Part shown: one piece after another, positions 1 through 10,259 of the stretch
Layout of the letters: every line of letters starts with the position of its first letter
How positions within the stretch are numbered: the first letter of the stretch is position 1
Source of the DNA: an uncultured Trueperaceae bacterium
GTDB lineage: Bacteria > Deinococcota > Deinococci > Deinococcales > Trueperaceae
Direction: 5' to 3'
DNA length: 64,000 nucleotides
Assembly: GCA_937983275.1 (NCBI GenBank)
Contig: CALKAI010000046.1
Location: 1,800 to 65,799, forward strand
Notes under the pieces: generated by a model
Seen by the model: only the letters and a program-made list of their open reading frames with translations
The model's database searches: none
What the model was told of the DNA's origin: nothing
Program-made: the position numbers and the translations under genes

Positions 1-813
<813 letters not shown>

Positions 814-1014
814 CAAATGCCTTTCCAGTTATCGCCAGGGTTGACAGTTAGTGCCGGGCTGGTTCAGCCGTGGGCGGCCGCTGGCAGGTGGGAATCATCA
901 TGAAAGTCCCTGCGCGACCGTCGCCAACAGGCGATTCGAACGCAAAATCCCGGGTGCTTCTACATCCCGTCACTCTATCACGCGCCGTGAAACGGCCCCG
1001 TTGCCCTCCCTGCC

Positions 1015-1569
1015 CTATTTTCCGGCCGTGTCCTCACGGTTTTCCGGCGGCAAATCGCTGGCCTCGATGAGCGTGAGCGAGTTCGATCCGTAACGCTTGA
1101 CCCGGGAGGGATGGGGCAGGTCAAGCTGCAGGCTGCTGGGGTGCTGGAAGACGTAGAGGCCTCCGGGCACTGCCGGCCGGGCGGCGAGGATGGCCGTGAA
1201 GAGGGGCTGGAGGTCGAGCGGGTAGGGCGGAGCGGCACACACGACATCGAAGCCGCCCCGCTCCTCCACGAAACGGAGTGCGTCTCCCGTGACTATCTCG
1301 ACGTGGAGGTCAAGGCTGCGGGCATTCCTGGCGATCACGGCGGTGGCCTGCCGGCTCAGGTCGACACAGGTTGCCTGCCAGCCACGGCTGGCGGCCTCGA
1401 GTCCCATGGCGCCGGAGCCGCTGAAGAGGTCGAGAAATGTTCCCTCGCGGAAGGCAAGGATATTGAAGAGCGCTTCGCGCAGGCGGCTGGGCGACGGTCG
1501 GGTGCCCCGTTTCGGCGTCTCCAGGGCCCGCCCCCTGGCGCTTCCTCCGTGAATCCGTGGCCGTGACAT
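1015..1569 (-). CDS. rsmD: 16S rRNA (guanine966-N2)-methyltransferase RsmD
   Basis: ORF 1015..1578. It carries the SAM-binding motif FLDLFSGSGAMGLEAASRG and the N6-MTase-like PPY motif (CAAPPYP). The RIHGGSARGRAL N-terminus is typical of RsmD. The start is either the ATG at 1578 or the ATG at 1569. Confidence 0.85.
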   Translation of the reverse strand: MSRPRIHGGSARGRALETPKRGTRPSPSRLREALFNILAFREGTFLDLFSGSGAMGLEAASRGWQATCVDLSRQATAVIARNARSLDLHVEIVTGDALRFVEERGGFDVVCAAPPYPLDLQPLFTAILAARPAVPGGLYVFQHPSSLQLDLPHPSRVKRYGSNSLTLIEASDLPPENREDTAGK

Positions 1570-1587
1570 CGCGCCCATTCTAGTGCG

Positions 1588-1593
1588 TATAAT
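1588..1593 (+). promoter_or_regulatory. Consensus -10 box TATAAT placed 8 nt upstream of the GTG start at 1602 (candidate leaderless or near-leaderless promoter)
   Basis: The sequence gcgTATAATcgaccaccGTGaacctg was read directly. No Shine-Dalgarno sequence lies between the box and the start codon. Confidence 0.5.
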
Positions 1594-1601
1594 CGACCAC
1601 C

Positions 1602-1949
1602 GTGAACCTGCTGATCCGTTGGCTCCTCAATGCGGTTGCCCTCTACGTGGTTACGGAGCTGCGCTGGGGCGCACACTTCCCGGATCCGAACCTGGGCACG
1701 ATCCTCGTCACGGCCCTGGTGCTGGGCCTGGTCAATCTGGTCGTGCGACCGGTGATGATCCTGCTCACGCTGCCCTTCACGGTGGCCACGTTTGGCCTGT
1801 TCCTGCTCCTCGTCAACGCCCTCGCGCTGGGCATCGTCGCGGCACTGACCCCGCTGGAACTGCACGGCTTCTGGGGAGCGGTCCTCGCCAGCCTGATCCT
1901 CACCCTGCTGAACTGGATAATGGCCCGCCTGCTGAGGAGCGCGCGCTGA
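1602..1949 (+). CDS. Small integral membrane protein, phage-holin-IV/DUF360 (YvlD-like) family
   Basis: The 115-aa ORF has 3-4 hydrophobic helices. The LIRWLLNAVALYVV...LVNLVVRPVMILLTLPFTVATFGLFLLLVNAL pattern is typical of DUF360. Third codon positions are GC-rich. Confidence 0.75.
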   Translation: MNLLIRWLLNAVALYVVTELRWGAHFPDPNLGTILVTALVLGLVNLVVRPVMILLTLPFTVATFGLFLLLVNALALGIVAALTPLELHGFWGAVLASLILTLLNWIMARLLRSAR

Positions 1950-1951
1950 CC

Positions 1952-2479
1952 TCAGTTCAGGTCGGGCAGGTACTTCTTCCAGATCTCGTCGATGTTCGGC
2001 AGCAGGCCGTACGCTGCAGTGAACATGAACCTCGGTGCGCGCGGCCTCGTGGCAAGCACCATCCGGGCCTGTTCGGGCGTGCGGTCCCGCTTCTTCGCGT
2101 TGCAGCGGCGGCAGCAGGCGACGACGTTCTCCCAGGTGGTCGGGCCACCCTTACTGCGCGGTATCACGTGGTCGAGAGTCAGGTCGTTGGCGCGCTCGCC
2201 ACAGTATTGGCAACGGTGATCGTCACGCCGGAAGACGTTCTTGCGATTGAATGCGACCTTTTGCCGGTAGGGCCTGCGGACGTAGTGGCGCAGCCTGATC
2301 ACGCTGGGAACGGGGAAGACCGAACTGGGTGAGCGCAGCACCTTGTCGCTGTCCTCGACCCGCTCGGCAACCTCGTGCATTAGCAGGGACACTGCCCGTT
2401 TCACCGAGCAGACATGGAGGGGTTCGTAGGAAGCGTTGAGGATGAGGACGCGGGCAGCAGTGGGGTTCGCGACGGGCAC
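1952..2479 (-). CDS. HNH endonuclease family protein
   Basis: The HNH/zinc motif RDDHRCQYCGERANDLTLDHVIPRSKGGPTTWENVVACCRRCNAKK is present. The ORF uses a GTG start. Confidence 0.85.
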   Translation of the reverse strand: MPVANPTAARVLILNASYEPLHVCSVKRAVSLLMHEVAERVEDSDKVLRSPSSVFPVPSVIRLRHYVRRPYRQKVAFNRKNVFRRDDHRCQYCGERANDLTLDHVIPRSKGGPTTWENVVACCRRCNAKKRDRTPEQARMVLATRPRAPRFMFTAAYGLLPNIDEIWKKYLPDLN

Positions 2480-2718
2480 TTGGAGATCGAGCGTCTCGTC
2501 ATCCCCGTAAAGGATGTCTCTGGTTCTGTTTTCCAGGTGCTTGCTGGCGGCGCCTACCTCCTTGGACGTGGAAAGTATAACAGGAGCCCGGCTGGCGCCT
2601 GCGACTCCTGCGTATACAGCCGCCGGCGGCGCGGGAACTGTAGCGCAAAGCGTGATTTACAGGTGGTAGGGCTCCCCCGGACTGCAGGCGCAGGCGTGGG
2701 ACGCCGCCGGCCCGGGTG

Positions 2719-3744
2719 TCAGCGCTCCTCGAGGGCAAGCTGTACGAGCGTGCGGACGAGTTCGGGGTACCCGATGCCAACGTGCTCCCACAGCTTCGGG
2801 TACATGGAGGTCTGCGTAAAGCCTGGCATGGTGTTGATCTCGTTGAGAACGACCCGGCCCTCATCCTCCAGGTAGAAGAAGTCCACGCGGGCCAGCCCGG
2901 CTGCGTCGACAGCAAGGAAGGCCTTGCGGGCCAGCCGCCTGCACTCCTGGGCCACCTCGTCGGGTATGGGTGCCGGGATGAGCAGTTCGCTGTGGCCGGC
3001 GGTGTACTTCGTCTCGTAGTCGTAGAAGTCCGAGTCGTAACGGATCTCGCCCACCGGGCTCACCTGCGGGTCGTCGTTGCCCAGCACCGCCGCCTCGATC
3101 TCGCGTGCCCCCACCAGGCCCTGTTCGACGATGACGCGCCGGTCGAAGCGGAAGGCCAGGTCGATGGCGGCCGCAAGCCGGGTGACGTCGCTGACCTTCG
3201 AGATCCCCACGCTGGAGCCCAGGTTAGCCGGCTTGACGAACAGCGGCAGCTTCCAGGAGCTCAGCTCGTCCAGGATGCGGTCACGGCCGGCGGCCCAGGC
3301 CCGGCGGTTTATGCCCCGGTACTCCACCTGGGGCAGGCCGGCCGCGGCGAAGACTCCCTTCATCATCAGCTTGTCCATGCCGACTGCGCTCGCCAGCACG
3401 CCCGAGCCTACGAAGGGGAGGTTCATGAGTCGCAGCAGCCCCTGTACGGTCCCGTCCTCGCCGTTGGGGCCGTGCAGCAGCGGGAAGACCACGTCGAACC
3501 CGGCTGAACCGTTGGCGCCCAGCTGCGCCAGGCTGCCGCTGCCGCTGCCCGCAGGCGCCGTTCCGCTCTGCAGGGCCTTGCCCGAATCCCCCGGCGAGAG
3601 GAGTTTGCCGGCCCGGTCGATGACCAGCGGCGTGACGTTTGCATGATTGGCGAGGGCGTTGATGACCGATCTGGCAGAGGAGATCGACACCTCATGCTCA
3701 TCCGAAGCCCCGCCACACAGCAGGAGGACGTTAGGTTTCGTCAC
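2719..3744 (-). CDS. ddl: D-alanine--D-alanine ligase
   Basis: The N-terminus VLLLCGGASDEHEVSISSARSV and the ATP-grasp body (FPLLHGPNGEDGTVQGLL, LFVKPANLGSSVGISKV, NEINTMPGFT) are present. I prefer the GTG at 3744, which is preceded by GGAAAGGAG. The longest ORF starts at 3762. Confidence 0.93.
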   Translation of the reverse strand: MTKPNVLLLCGGASDEHEVSISSARSVINALANHANVTPLVIDRAGKLLSPGDSGKALQSGTAPAGSGSGSLAQLGANGSAGFDVVFPLLHGPNGEDGTVQGLLRLMNLPFVGSGVLASAVGMDKLMMKGVFAAAGLPQVEYRGINRRAWAAGRDRILDELSSWKLPLFVKPANLGSSVGISKVSDVTRLAAAIDLAFRFDRRVIVEQGLVGAREIEAAVLGNDDPQVSPVGEIRYDSDFYDYETKYTAGHSELLIPAPIPDEVAQECRRLARKAFLAVDAAGLARVDFFYLEDEGRVVLNEINTMPGFTQTSMYPKLWEHVGIGYPELVRTLVQLALEER

Positions 3745-3824
3745 GCTGCTCCTTTCCACCACGGCGCAGTGACCATGTGTAACTTACACATTCTACACAC
3801 AACAGAAGGCCGGCCTTCAAGCGT

Positions 3825-4610
3825 TCAGCCGCCCGAAGCCTTCCACTCCGGCGGGCGCTTCTCCAGGAAGGCGCGCACCCCCTCACGCATGTCCCCGGTC
3901 GTGCGGGCCGCGGCATTCGCTCGCGCGGCCCGATCCAGGGCATCGTCCAGCGGCAGTCCCCAGATATCGATCAGCAGCTCCTTGGTGCGGGCAAGGGACT
4001 CCGGGGAGTTGGCAGCGAGGGCTTCCGCTCTTACCAGCGCCCGCGGCAGCACCGAGCGGGGATCGACAACCTCGTTCACCAGGCCCATCTCCAGGGCCTC
4101 GCCGGCGCTCAGCAGGCGCGCCTCCAGCAGCAGCTCGCGGGCCCGCCGCTCGCCCACGCTGCGGGTAAGGAAAACGCCTACCAGCGCTGCGACGAAGCCG
4201 ATGCGGGACTCCGTGTAGCCGATCCTGGCCTCGCTGCTCATTACGGCCAGGTCGCACACGGAGACCAGGCCGGCCCCGCCGGCCACCGCGTGCCCGTTGA
4301 CCGCCGCAACTACCGGCTTGGGGAAGGTGTAGATGGTCCGGAAAAGCCTGGCGAGTGCCGCCGAGTCCTCCAGATGCTGTGCCTCCGATCTTGCCAGCAG
4401 GCCCTCTAGTTCGCCCAGGTCCATTCCGGAGCAGAAGCTGCTGCCGGTACCTGTAAGCACGACCGCGCGTACCTGCGGGTCGTCGCGCAGCCGCTCCAGT
4501 TCGGCCTGCAACGCGTCGCGCAGCGAGCTGCTCAGGGCGTTGCGCACCTCCGGACGGTTGAGCCGCAGCAGCGCGACCTGACCCCTGTCTTCACGTTCGA
4601 TCTGTGGCAT
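3825..4610 (-). CDS. Enoyl-CoA hydratase/isomerase (crotonase) family protein
   Basis: Crotonase motifs are present: VALLRLNRPEVRNAL, VVLTGTGSSFCSGMDL, PVVAAVNGHAVAGGAGL. I prefer the ATG at 4610 (MPQIERED), 13 nt after the upstream MMPL stop codon. Confidence 0.85.
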   Translation of the reverse strand: MPQIEREDRGQVALLRLNRPEVRNALSSSLRDALQAELERLRDDPQVRAVVLTGTGSSFCSGMDLGELEGLLARSEAQHLEDSAALARLFRTIYTFPKPVVAAVNGHAVAGGAGLVSVCDLAVMSSEARIGYTESRIGFVAALVGVFLTRSVGERRARELLLEARLLSAGEALEMGLVNEVVDPRSVLPRALVRAEALAANSPESLARTKELLIDIWGLPLDDALDRAARANAAARTTGDMREGVRAFLEKRPPEWKASGG

Positions 4611-4623
4611 ACCCGATGCTACT

Positions 4624-6867
4624 TCAGTCGTGGCCGGCCCCTGCACGCCTGGCCCTGCGCGCCACCGGCCGCGGCAGCCACCAGTTCCACCTGCCCGCGA
4701 TGAACATCATCGCCGGCACGAGTGCGAGCCGCACGAGCGTGGCGTCGAGAAGGACGGCGAGGGCCAGCCCCAGGCCCAGCGTCTTGATGAGCACGACGTT
4801 CGAGAAGATGAAGGAGGAGAAGACCACGATCATCACGGCAGCGGCCGAGGTTATTACACTCCCCGTCGAAGTGATCGCCGCCTTCACTGCATCGGCGTCC
4901 GAGAGGCCGTCCCGGTGGGCCTCGTGAATGCGGGCCACCAGGAACACCTCGTAATCCATCGACAGGCCAAAGACGATGGCGAACAGGAAGAGCGGGGCGC
5001 TCGTGTCGATATACCCCAGTCCTCCGGGGACGCCAAACAGCGAACCCAGTACGCCAGCCTGGAATATCAGCGTGATGATTCCGTAGGCCGCCGTGACCGT
5101 GAGGGTGTTCAGCAGTATCGACTTGAGCGGGATGAGGATGGAGCGGAAGGCTAAGCCCAGGACGATGAGGATCCCCAGGTAAACGAGCCCGACGGCGAGG
5201 GGGAAGGAGTCGTAGAGGTAGTTGGCCCACTCTGCCTCGAACAGCAGGGTCCCGCCGGCCAGTACGGTCACACCAAGGCCGCGTGCCACATCGGCGATCT
5301 CCGAACGCAGCTCGGCAACCTGCCCGGGCACGAGATTGCCTAGCGGCAGCAGGGTTACCAGGGCGTAGCGGCCGCTCTCGCTGACAGTCGCGCTCACCAG
5401 TTCGCCCAGCTCGCTGTTCAGCGCGCTCTCCTGGGTGGCGTAATACTGGTAGAGGAAGAGCGGCGGCACCCCGGTGCTGCTGCTCATTGCCGAGACTGCC
5501 TCGCCAACCGACGGCAGCTCCTGGGCCGTCCGGGTGAATTGCGACAGGCGCCTCTGGTTAGAGACGTTATAGAAGCCCTCGTCGCCGAAGTCGACGATGA
5601 GTTCGACCGGCTTTATGAGCCCCTCCAGGCCAAGCCCCTCGAGTGCCTCCACCACCTGCCGGCTGTCGGTCGATGCATTCAGCCCCCTCGCGCCCGGATC
5701 GGCAACCTGCATGCCTGTGGCGGGAGCGCTGAGCAGCAGCAGCACCAGTACGCCACCCGTCGCCCAGGCCCAGGGCCTCGCCAGGACCGTCTGCGCACGC
5801 CTGCGCCAGAAGGTGCGACTGCGCATGCCCGGCTTTCGCCTCGTGATCTTGCCCAGGTTCACCCGCTCCCCCAGCAGCGCCAGCAGGGCTGGCAGGACAG
5901 TGGTGTTGACGAGCACGCTGATAACGAGCACCAGCATGGTGGAGACCCCGATCGAGCGGATGAATGGCAGCGGCGGGATGAGCAGCGAGGCCAGGGCGAT
6001 GAGCACCGTCAGGCCGCTGAACGTGACCGCCTTCCCGGCGGTCCGTGAGGTCACGTAGGCCGCCCGCTCGGGGCTTAACCCGTTGCGCAGCTCCTCGCGG
6101 AAGCGGTTGACCATCAGGAGCGCGTAATCGATCCCGGTGGCCAGGCCAAGCATCGTGACGACCGTCTGGGCGAACACGGCGAAGCTCATGAACTGGCCCA
6201 GCAGGAAGAGCAGGGCAAACGACAGGATTATCGAGACCACCGCCATGAGCAGCGGCAGGGCCGATGCCATCAGGGCGCCGAAGGCCACCGCCAGGACCAG
6301 CAGGGAGAGGGGCAACCCGTAGACCTCTGCCCTCGTTGCATCGCTTACGCTGATCGCCTCGAGCTCCTGGCCGGTAGCGGGACCGCCGGCCAGCCAGAAG
6401 TTGAGCTCGGGCGCCTGCTTGACGGCTGTGCGCATGGCGGCCGCCAGCTGCTGGTTGTGGCGCCGGTCTTCGCTCGAGATCGTGATCAGGGAGACGGTCA
6501 TGTGGCCGTCCTCGCCCACCAGGTCGTAACTGCCGGAGTTGCGGTGGTCGACTACCGTACCCACGCCGGAAATGCCCTGCAGGGCATCGACCGCGCGCTG
6601 GTAGGGAAGGTCGAAGCCCGGCTCGCCCACCCTGTGCTCCTCGCTGCGGGTGAGGAGGATGACGTTCTGCCCGTCTCCGCGATTGAACTCCGACTCCAGC
6701 AGCCTCTGAACCTGCGACGGAACACTTTCGGCCGGAATCGATGGCTGGGCGTCGAGGACCTCTCCGACACGGAGCGCGTAGGGGACCGCGAGCACCACCA
6801 GTGCTGCCCAGATGGACAGAATCAGGCGCGGGCGGGTACTAAGCAGCTTGGCAAGACGGGCGTGCAC
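4624..6867 (-). CDS. MMPL-family (RND superfamily) membrane transporter
   Basis: The 747-aa protein has two blocks of about 6 TM helices separated by soluble loops. The MMPL-type repeat motif is seen at GIDYALLMVNRFREEL and GLSMDYEVFLVARIHEA. Confidence 0.88.
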   Translation of the reverse strand: MHARLAKLLSTRPRLILSIWAALVVLAVPYALRVGEVLDAQPSIPAESVPSQVQRLLESEFNRGDGQNVILLTRSEEHRVGEPGFDLPYQRAVDALQGISGVGTVVDHRNSGSYDLVGEDGHMTVSLITISSEDRRHNQQLAAAMRTAVKQAPELNFWLAGGPATGQELEAISVSDATRAEVYGLPLSLLVLAVAFGALMASALPLLMAVVSIILSFALLFLLGQFMSFAVFAQTVVTMLGLATGIDYALLMVNRFREELRNGLSPERAAYVTSRTAGKAVTFSGLTVLIALASLLIPPLPFIRSIGVSTMLVLVISVLVNTTVLPALLALLGERVNLGKITRRKPGMRSRTFWRRRAQTVLARPWAWATGGVLVLLLLSAPATGMQVADPGARGLNASTDSRQVVEALEGLGLEGLIKPVELIVDFGDEGFYNVSNQRRLSQFTRTAQELPSVGEAVSAMSSSTGVPPLFLYQYYATQESALNSELGELVSATVSESGRYALVTLLPLGNLVPGQVAELRSEIADVARGLGVTVLAGGTLLFEAEWANYLYDSFPLAVGLVYLGILIVLGLAFRSILIPLKSILLNTLTVTAAYGIITLIFQAGVLGSLFGVPGGLGYIDTSAPLFLFAIVFGLSMDYEVFLVARIHEAHRDGLSDADAVKAAITSTGSVITSAAAVMIVVFSSFIFSNVVLIKTLGLGLALAVLLDATLVRLALVPAMMFIAGRWNWWLPRPVARRARRAGAGHD

Positions 6868-6916
6868 CGTACCAACCTACCCGTAGGGAAGCCGAGGCAT
6901 ATGAGAAGCTCTATGA

Positions 6917-7657
6917 TCAGACACCGACGAACCGCTCGATCTCTTCGCGCGCGCCGGGTTCCGAAGCCGTCACGGACCCCGCCCAGCGACCATCGCGCAG
7001 GAACAGGATCCGGTTGGCAGTGAGCGCGGCCTTCAGGTCGTGGGTGACCATCACGACCGTCCAGCCCTGCTCATCCACGCCGCTGCGCAGCAGGTCGAGG
7101 ACCTCCTGGCCCGTTTCGCTGTCCAGATTGCCGGTGGGCTCGTCGGCGAGGATCACGACCGGATCGTTGATGAGCGCCCGCGCTATGGCTACGCGTTGCC
7201 GCTGGCCACCGGAAAGCTGCTTGGGCCGGTGCTGCAGCCGGTTGCTGAGGCCCAGCCGCGCCGCCAGCCTGTCCAGCCGCTCCCTGGCACCCTCCCGGTT
7301 GCCCGCCACCTCGGCAGGCAGCAGGATGTTCTCCAGCGCCGTCAGGTTGGGTATCAGTTCGAAGGTCTGGAACACGAAGCCCAGCTGCTCGCGACGCATG
7401 CGCGTCAGCTCGTCATCGTCTAGGCCTGAGGCCGAGACACCCCCGACGATCACCTCACCCGAATCGGGCACCTCGAGGAGGCCCAGCAGGTGCAGGAGCG
7501 TGCTCTTGCCGGACCCGGAGGCGCCCATTACGCTGACGAACTCGCCCGGTTCGACGGCGATATCGACCGAGTCGAGAGCCACCACCGTCTGTTCGCCCAG
7601 CCTGAACCTCTTGTTCAGATTACGGCCCTCGATCGCGTAGGTTTTCTGTGCACACAT
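6917..7657 (-). CDS. ABC transporter ATP-binding protein, MacB/LolD-like
   Basis: Walker A GASGSGKST, signature LSGGQRQRVAIARAL and Walker B VILADEPTGNLD are present. Confidence 0.92.
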   Translation of the reverse strand: MCAQKTYAIEGRNLNKRFRLGEQTVVALDSVDIAVEPGEFVSVMGASGSGKSTLLHLLGLLEVPDSGEVIVGGVSASGLDDDELTRMRREQLGFVFQTFELIPNLTALENILLPAEVAGNREGARERLDRLAARLGLSNRLQHRPKQLSGGQRQRVAIARALINDPVVILADEPTGNLDSETGQEVLDLLRSGVDEQGWTVVMVTHDLKAALTANRILFLRDGRWAGSVTASEPGAREEIERFVGV

Positions 7658-7666
7658 AAGACTGAT

Positions 7667-10231
7667 CTACTCCGAATTGCCGAGTGCCAGCACGGGAGGC
7701 AGGGAGGCCGCACGTCTGGCGGGAAAGTAGGACGCTGCCAGGCCAATGATGGGCGAGGCGAGGAAGGCGATGAGAATCAGGCCCCACGGGTAGTGTGGCG
7801 AGATGGCGAAGCCTGTGATGGCTGCGGCGCCCGCCGTGATCACGTGGGCAAGCAGCAGGCCGGCTAGCACGCCCAGTACCGTTCCGACCAGCAGGATAAC
7901 CGAGCCCTCGGCGGTGATGACCCTGGCGACACCCGCGCGGGTAAGGCCAAAGGCGCGCAGGACGGCCAGCTCATACTTGCGGCCCGACAGGTTCATGCCC
8001 AGGGTATTGGCTACCCCCAGGGCGGCGATGAACACCGCCAGCGCGAGCAGGGCGTTGGTCGTCACGAAGGTGCGCTGGGTCAGCTCCAGGATCGACGCCC
8101 GGTAGTCCTGATTGAGAGTTACATCCAGGTAGAGGTCGGGGAAGGCGGCCAGCAGGTCTTCGCGCGCCTGCGCCGGATCGACCCCCTCTTCGACCAGCAT
8201 CACGAACAGGTCAGGTGATCCCCCGCCGAACAGCTCCATGTCGTTGATCGACGCCACCGCGGCCTCCCCGCCGCCGGTAAAGTCGACGATCACACCGCCC
8301 ACGGGGAACTCCCGGAAACCCTCGCTGGTGCGCAAGGAGACCGTTTCGCCCTGGTTGACGTTGAACCTGTCGTGGATCGTGTTGGCGACGAGGACGTTCC
8401 CGCCCTCGAGCAGTGCCCGGTAGCCGCTCTCGTCGTCTCCCTGACCGGGGATGTACTGGAAGCGGCCAAAACCGGCCCCGGGCTCGAAGCGCGCCGGATC
8501 CACCAGCACCAGGGCGATGCTGCGCTGCCTGAACTCGCCTTCCGGATCGAACCGCACCACGCGCAAGCCCGCTCCCGAGGCAACGCGTATCCCGGGAACG
8601 GCAGCCGTCACCTGCTCCTCGAAGTCGGCGGGGAAGTGGACGGGGGAGGTCACGAACAGGTCTCCCAGGATCGTGGTGTCCACCCACTCCTCGATCGCCT
8701 GGTTGATGCCCGCCACCATCGCGCCCACGCCTATGGTGAGCCCCAGGCCCACCACGACGGACCCGATCGCCACGCCGTTGCGGGGTGCGTTCCGCTCCGC
8801 GAACGAGGCGCCCAGCCGGCCGGCCGGGCCAAAGACGCGTACCAGGAGTCCGCGCAGCAGGCCCAGGACCGGCTTCAGCAGCCCCGGTGTCGCCAGGGTT
8901 ATGCCGAAGAAGAGCAGGCACATCGCCAGCGCGGCACCCAGCAGCGCCAGACTGCCCTCCCAGGGGAGCAGTGCCACTACCACACCCGTGGCGACGGCCC
9001 CCCAGCCGAGCAGCACCGCTCCCCGCCTGGGTTCGAACTCGTCGGACCGCCGCAGTGCGGTAAGCGGTGGTGTTTGCGACGCTGCCCGCGCGGGGAGGTA
9101 ACCGGCCAGCATGGCCACGCCCACACCTGTCAGTGCGGCGGGCAGCACGCTCTGCAGCGGGAACACGAGCGTCCTGAACTCGATCCCCAACACCAGGGCG
9201 TTGAGCCTCGTGATTACGTAGGCGAGCAGCACACCCAGGAGGAGTCCCGCGATCACGCCCAGCAGGCTCACCACCGCGGCCTCGTAGAGCGCTATGCGCT
9301 GCACCTGGCCGCGCGTCAGGCACAGCGTGCGCAGCAGGGCATACTCCCTCTTGCGCTCCACGACCGCCGCCATGAAGGTGTTGTAGGCCATGAAGCCGCC
9401 CAGCGCCATAAGGGTGATCGCAAGGATCGTCAGGCCCGCCTGAATCGTGTCCACTACCCCGGTGGCGATATTGCCGGCACCGGCCGGGTGAGTGACGGTG
9501 TAGTCGACCCCCAGCTGGTTGGCCAGCCGGTCCTGTACCTGAGCCGTCGGCTGGCGGCCGGTGAGCTGAAGTTCTATGTGGCTGGCCCGGCCCGGGAGCC
9601 TGAGCAGCTCCTGGAGGTCGGGCAAGGGAACGACCGCCACGCGTCCGCCGTTCGTAGATGCGAAGGCGTATCCGTCGTCGAGCAGCCCCGTTATCTGCAG
9701 CTCGAACGAACCGAGCTGGCCCACGAAGGTAACCGTGTCACCAACCTCGATTCCGCGGCCGCGCGCGAAGTCGCCGCCTATCGCCGCGCCGTAGCTGCCG
9801 GGCTGCGGGAGCGCACCCTCGCTGATGCGCACCGGCGGGTTCGCGGCCTCGTCGAGGCGGCGACCGGATATCTGGAAGCCGGAGTCGACTCCGGGGATGA
9901 TGGAACTCTCATGCTCCTGGACTTCCCGCTCCGGTTCGGCCCGCGTGTTCAGCACGGGCACCGCTTGGGCGATGTCGGGATCGCCCTCCAGGCGTCCCAG
10001 GATGTCTTCGATGTCCAGGACTGCCCGCCCCTCGAGGCCCGGCGCGATCAGCAGGTCGGCGCCGCCCGAGGCGGCAGAGAGGGTACTGGCAACGTTCGCT
10101 TCCACGTTGTCGCCGATGGAGAGCGTGGCCAGTACCGCCGCGATGCCTATGGCTACACCTACGACCGTAGCAGCGGTGCGCCACGGGTGGCGCAGCAGGT
10201 TACGTACGGCTAGCCGCAAGAGCATCGGCAC
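7667..10231 (-). CDS. ABC transporter permease with duplicated FtsX/MacB-type domains
   Basis: The 854-aa protein begins LRLAVRNLLRHPWRT. It has two FtsX-like four-helix modules, each followed by a large extracytoplasmic loop. It ends 9 nt upstream of the ATPase gene. An alternative ATG start lies at 10225. Confidence 0.88.
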   Translation of the reverse strand: MPMLLRLAVRNLLRHPWRTAATVVGVAIGIAAVLATLSIGDNVEANVASTLSAASGGADLLIAPGLEGRAVLDIEDILGRLEGDPDIAQAVPVLNTRAEPEREVQEHESSIIPGVDSGFQISGRRLDEAANPPVRISEGALPQPGSYGAAIGGDFARGRGIEVGDTVTFVGQLGSFELQITGLLDDGYAFASTNGGRVAVVPLPDLQELLRLPGRASHIELQLTGRQPTAQVQDRLANQLGVDYTVTHPAGAGNIATGVVDTIQAGLTILAITLMALGGFMAYNTFMAAVVERKREYALLRTLCLTRGQVQRIALYEAAVVSLLGVIAGLLLGVLLAYVITRLNALVLGIEFRTLVFPLQSVLPAALTGVGVAMLAGYLPARAASQTPPLTALRRSDEFEPRRGAVLLGWGAVATGVVVALLPWEGSLALLGAALAMCLLFFGITLATPGLLKPVLGLLRGLLVRVFGPAGRLGASFAERNAPRNGVAIGSVVVGLGLTIGVGAMVAGINQAIEEWVDTTILGDLFVTSPVHFPADFEEQVTAAVPGIRVASGAGLRVVRFDPEGEFRQRSIALVLVDPARFEPGAGFGRFQYIPGQGDDESGYRALLEGGNVLVANTIHDRFNVNQGETVSLRTSEGFREFPVGGVIVDFTGGGEAAVASINDMELFGGGSPDLFVMLVEEGVDPAQAREDLLAAFPDLYLDVTLNQDYRASILELTQRTFVTTNALLALAVFIAALGVANTLGMNLSGRKYELAVLRAFGLTRAGVARVITAEGSVILLVGTVLGVLAGLLLAHVITAGAAAITGFAISPHYPWGLILIAFLASPIIGLAASYFPARRAASLPPVLALGNSE

Positions 10232-10259
10232 CCGACCAGTCTATTACGCAATGCCCCGG

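Noticed and set aside
870-1093. Short ORFs (870..1070 and 851..1093, plus strand) in the secA-rsmD intergenic region
   Set aside because: They are mutually overlapping, Pro/Arg/Ser-rich, have no SD or motif, and partly overlap the rsmD 3' end. The region more likely holds the secA promoter and leader.
1952-2479. HNH endonuclease as part of a restriction-modification or other defence system
   Set aside because: No methyltransferase, helicase, ATPase or other defence partner is adjacent. The flanking genes are a DUF360 membrane protein gene and ddl. It looks like the stand-alone conserved HNH protein common in GC-rich bacteria.
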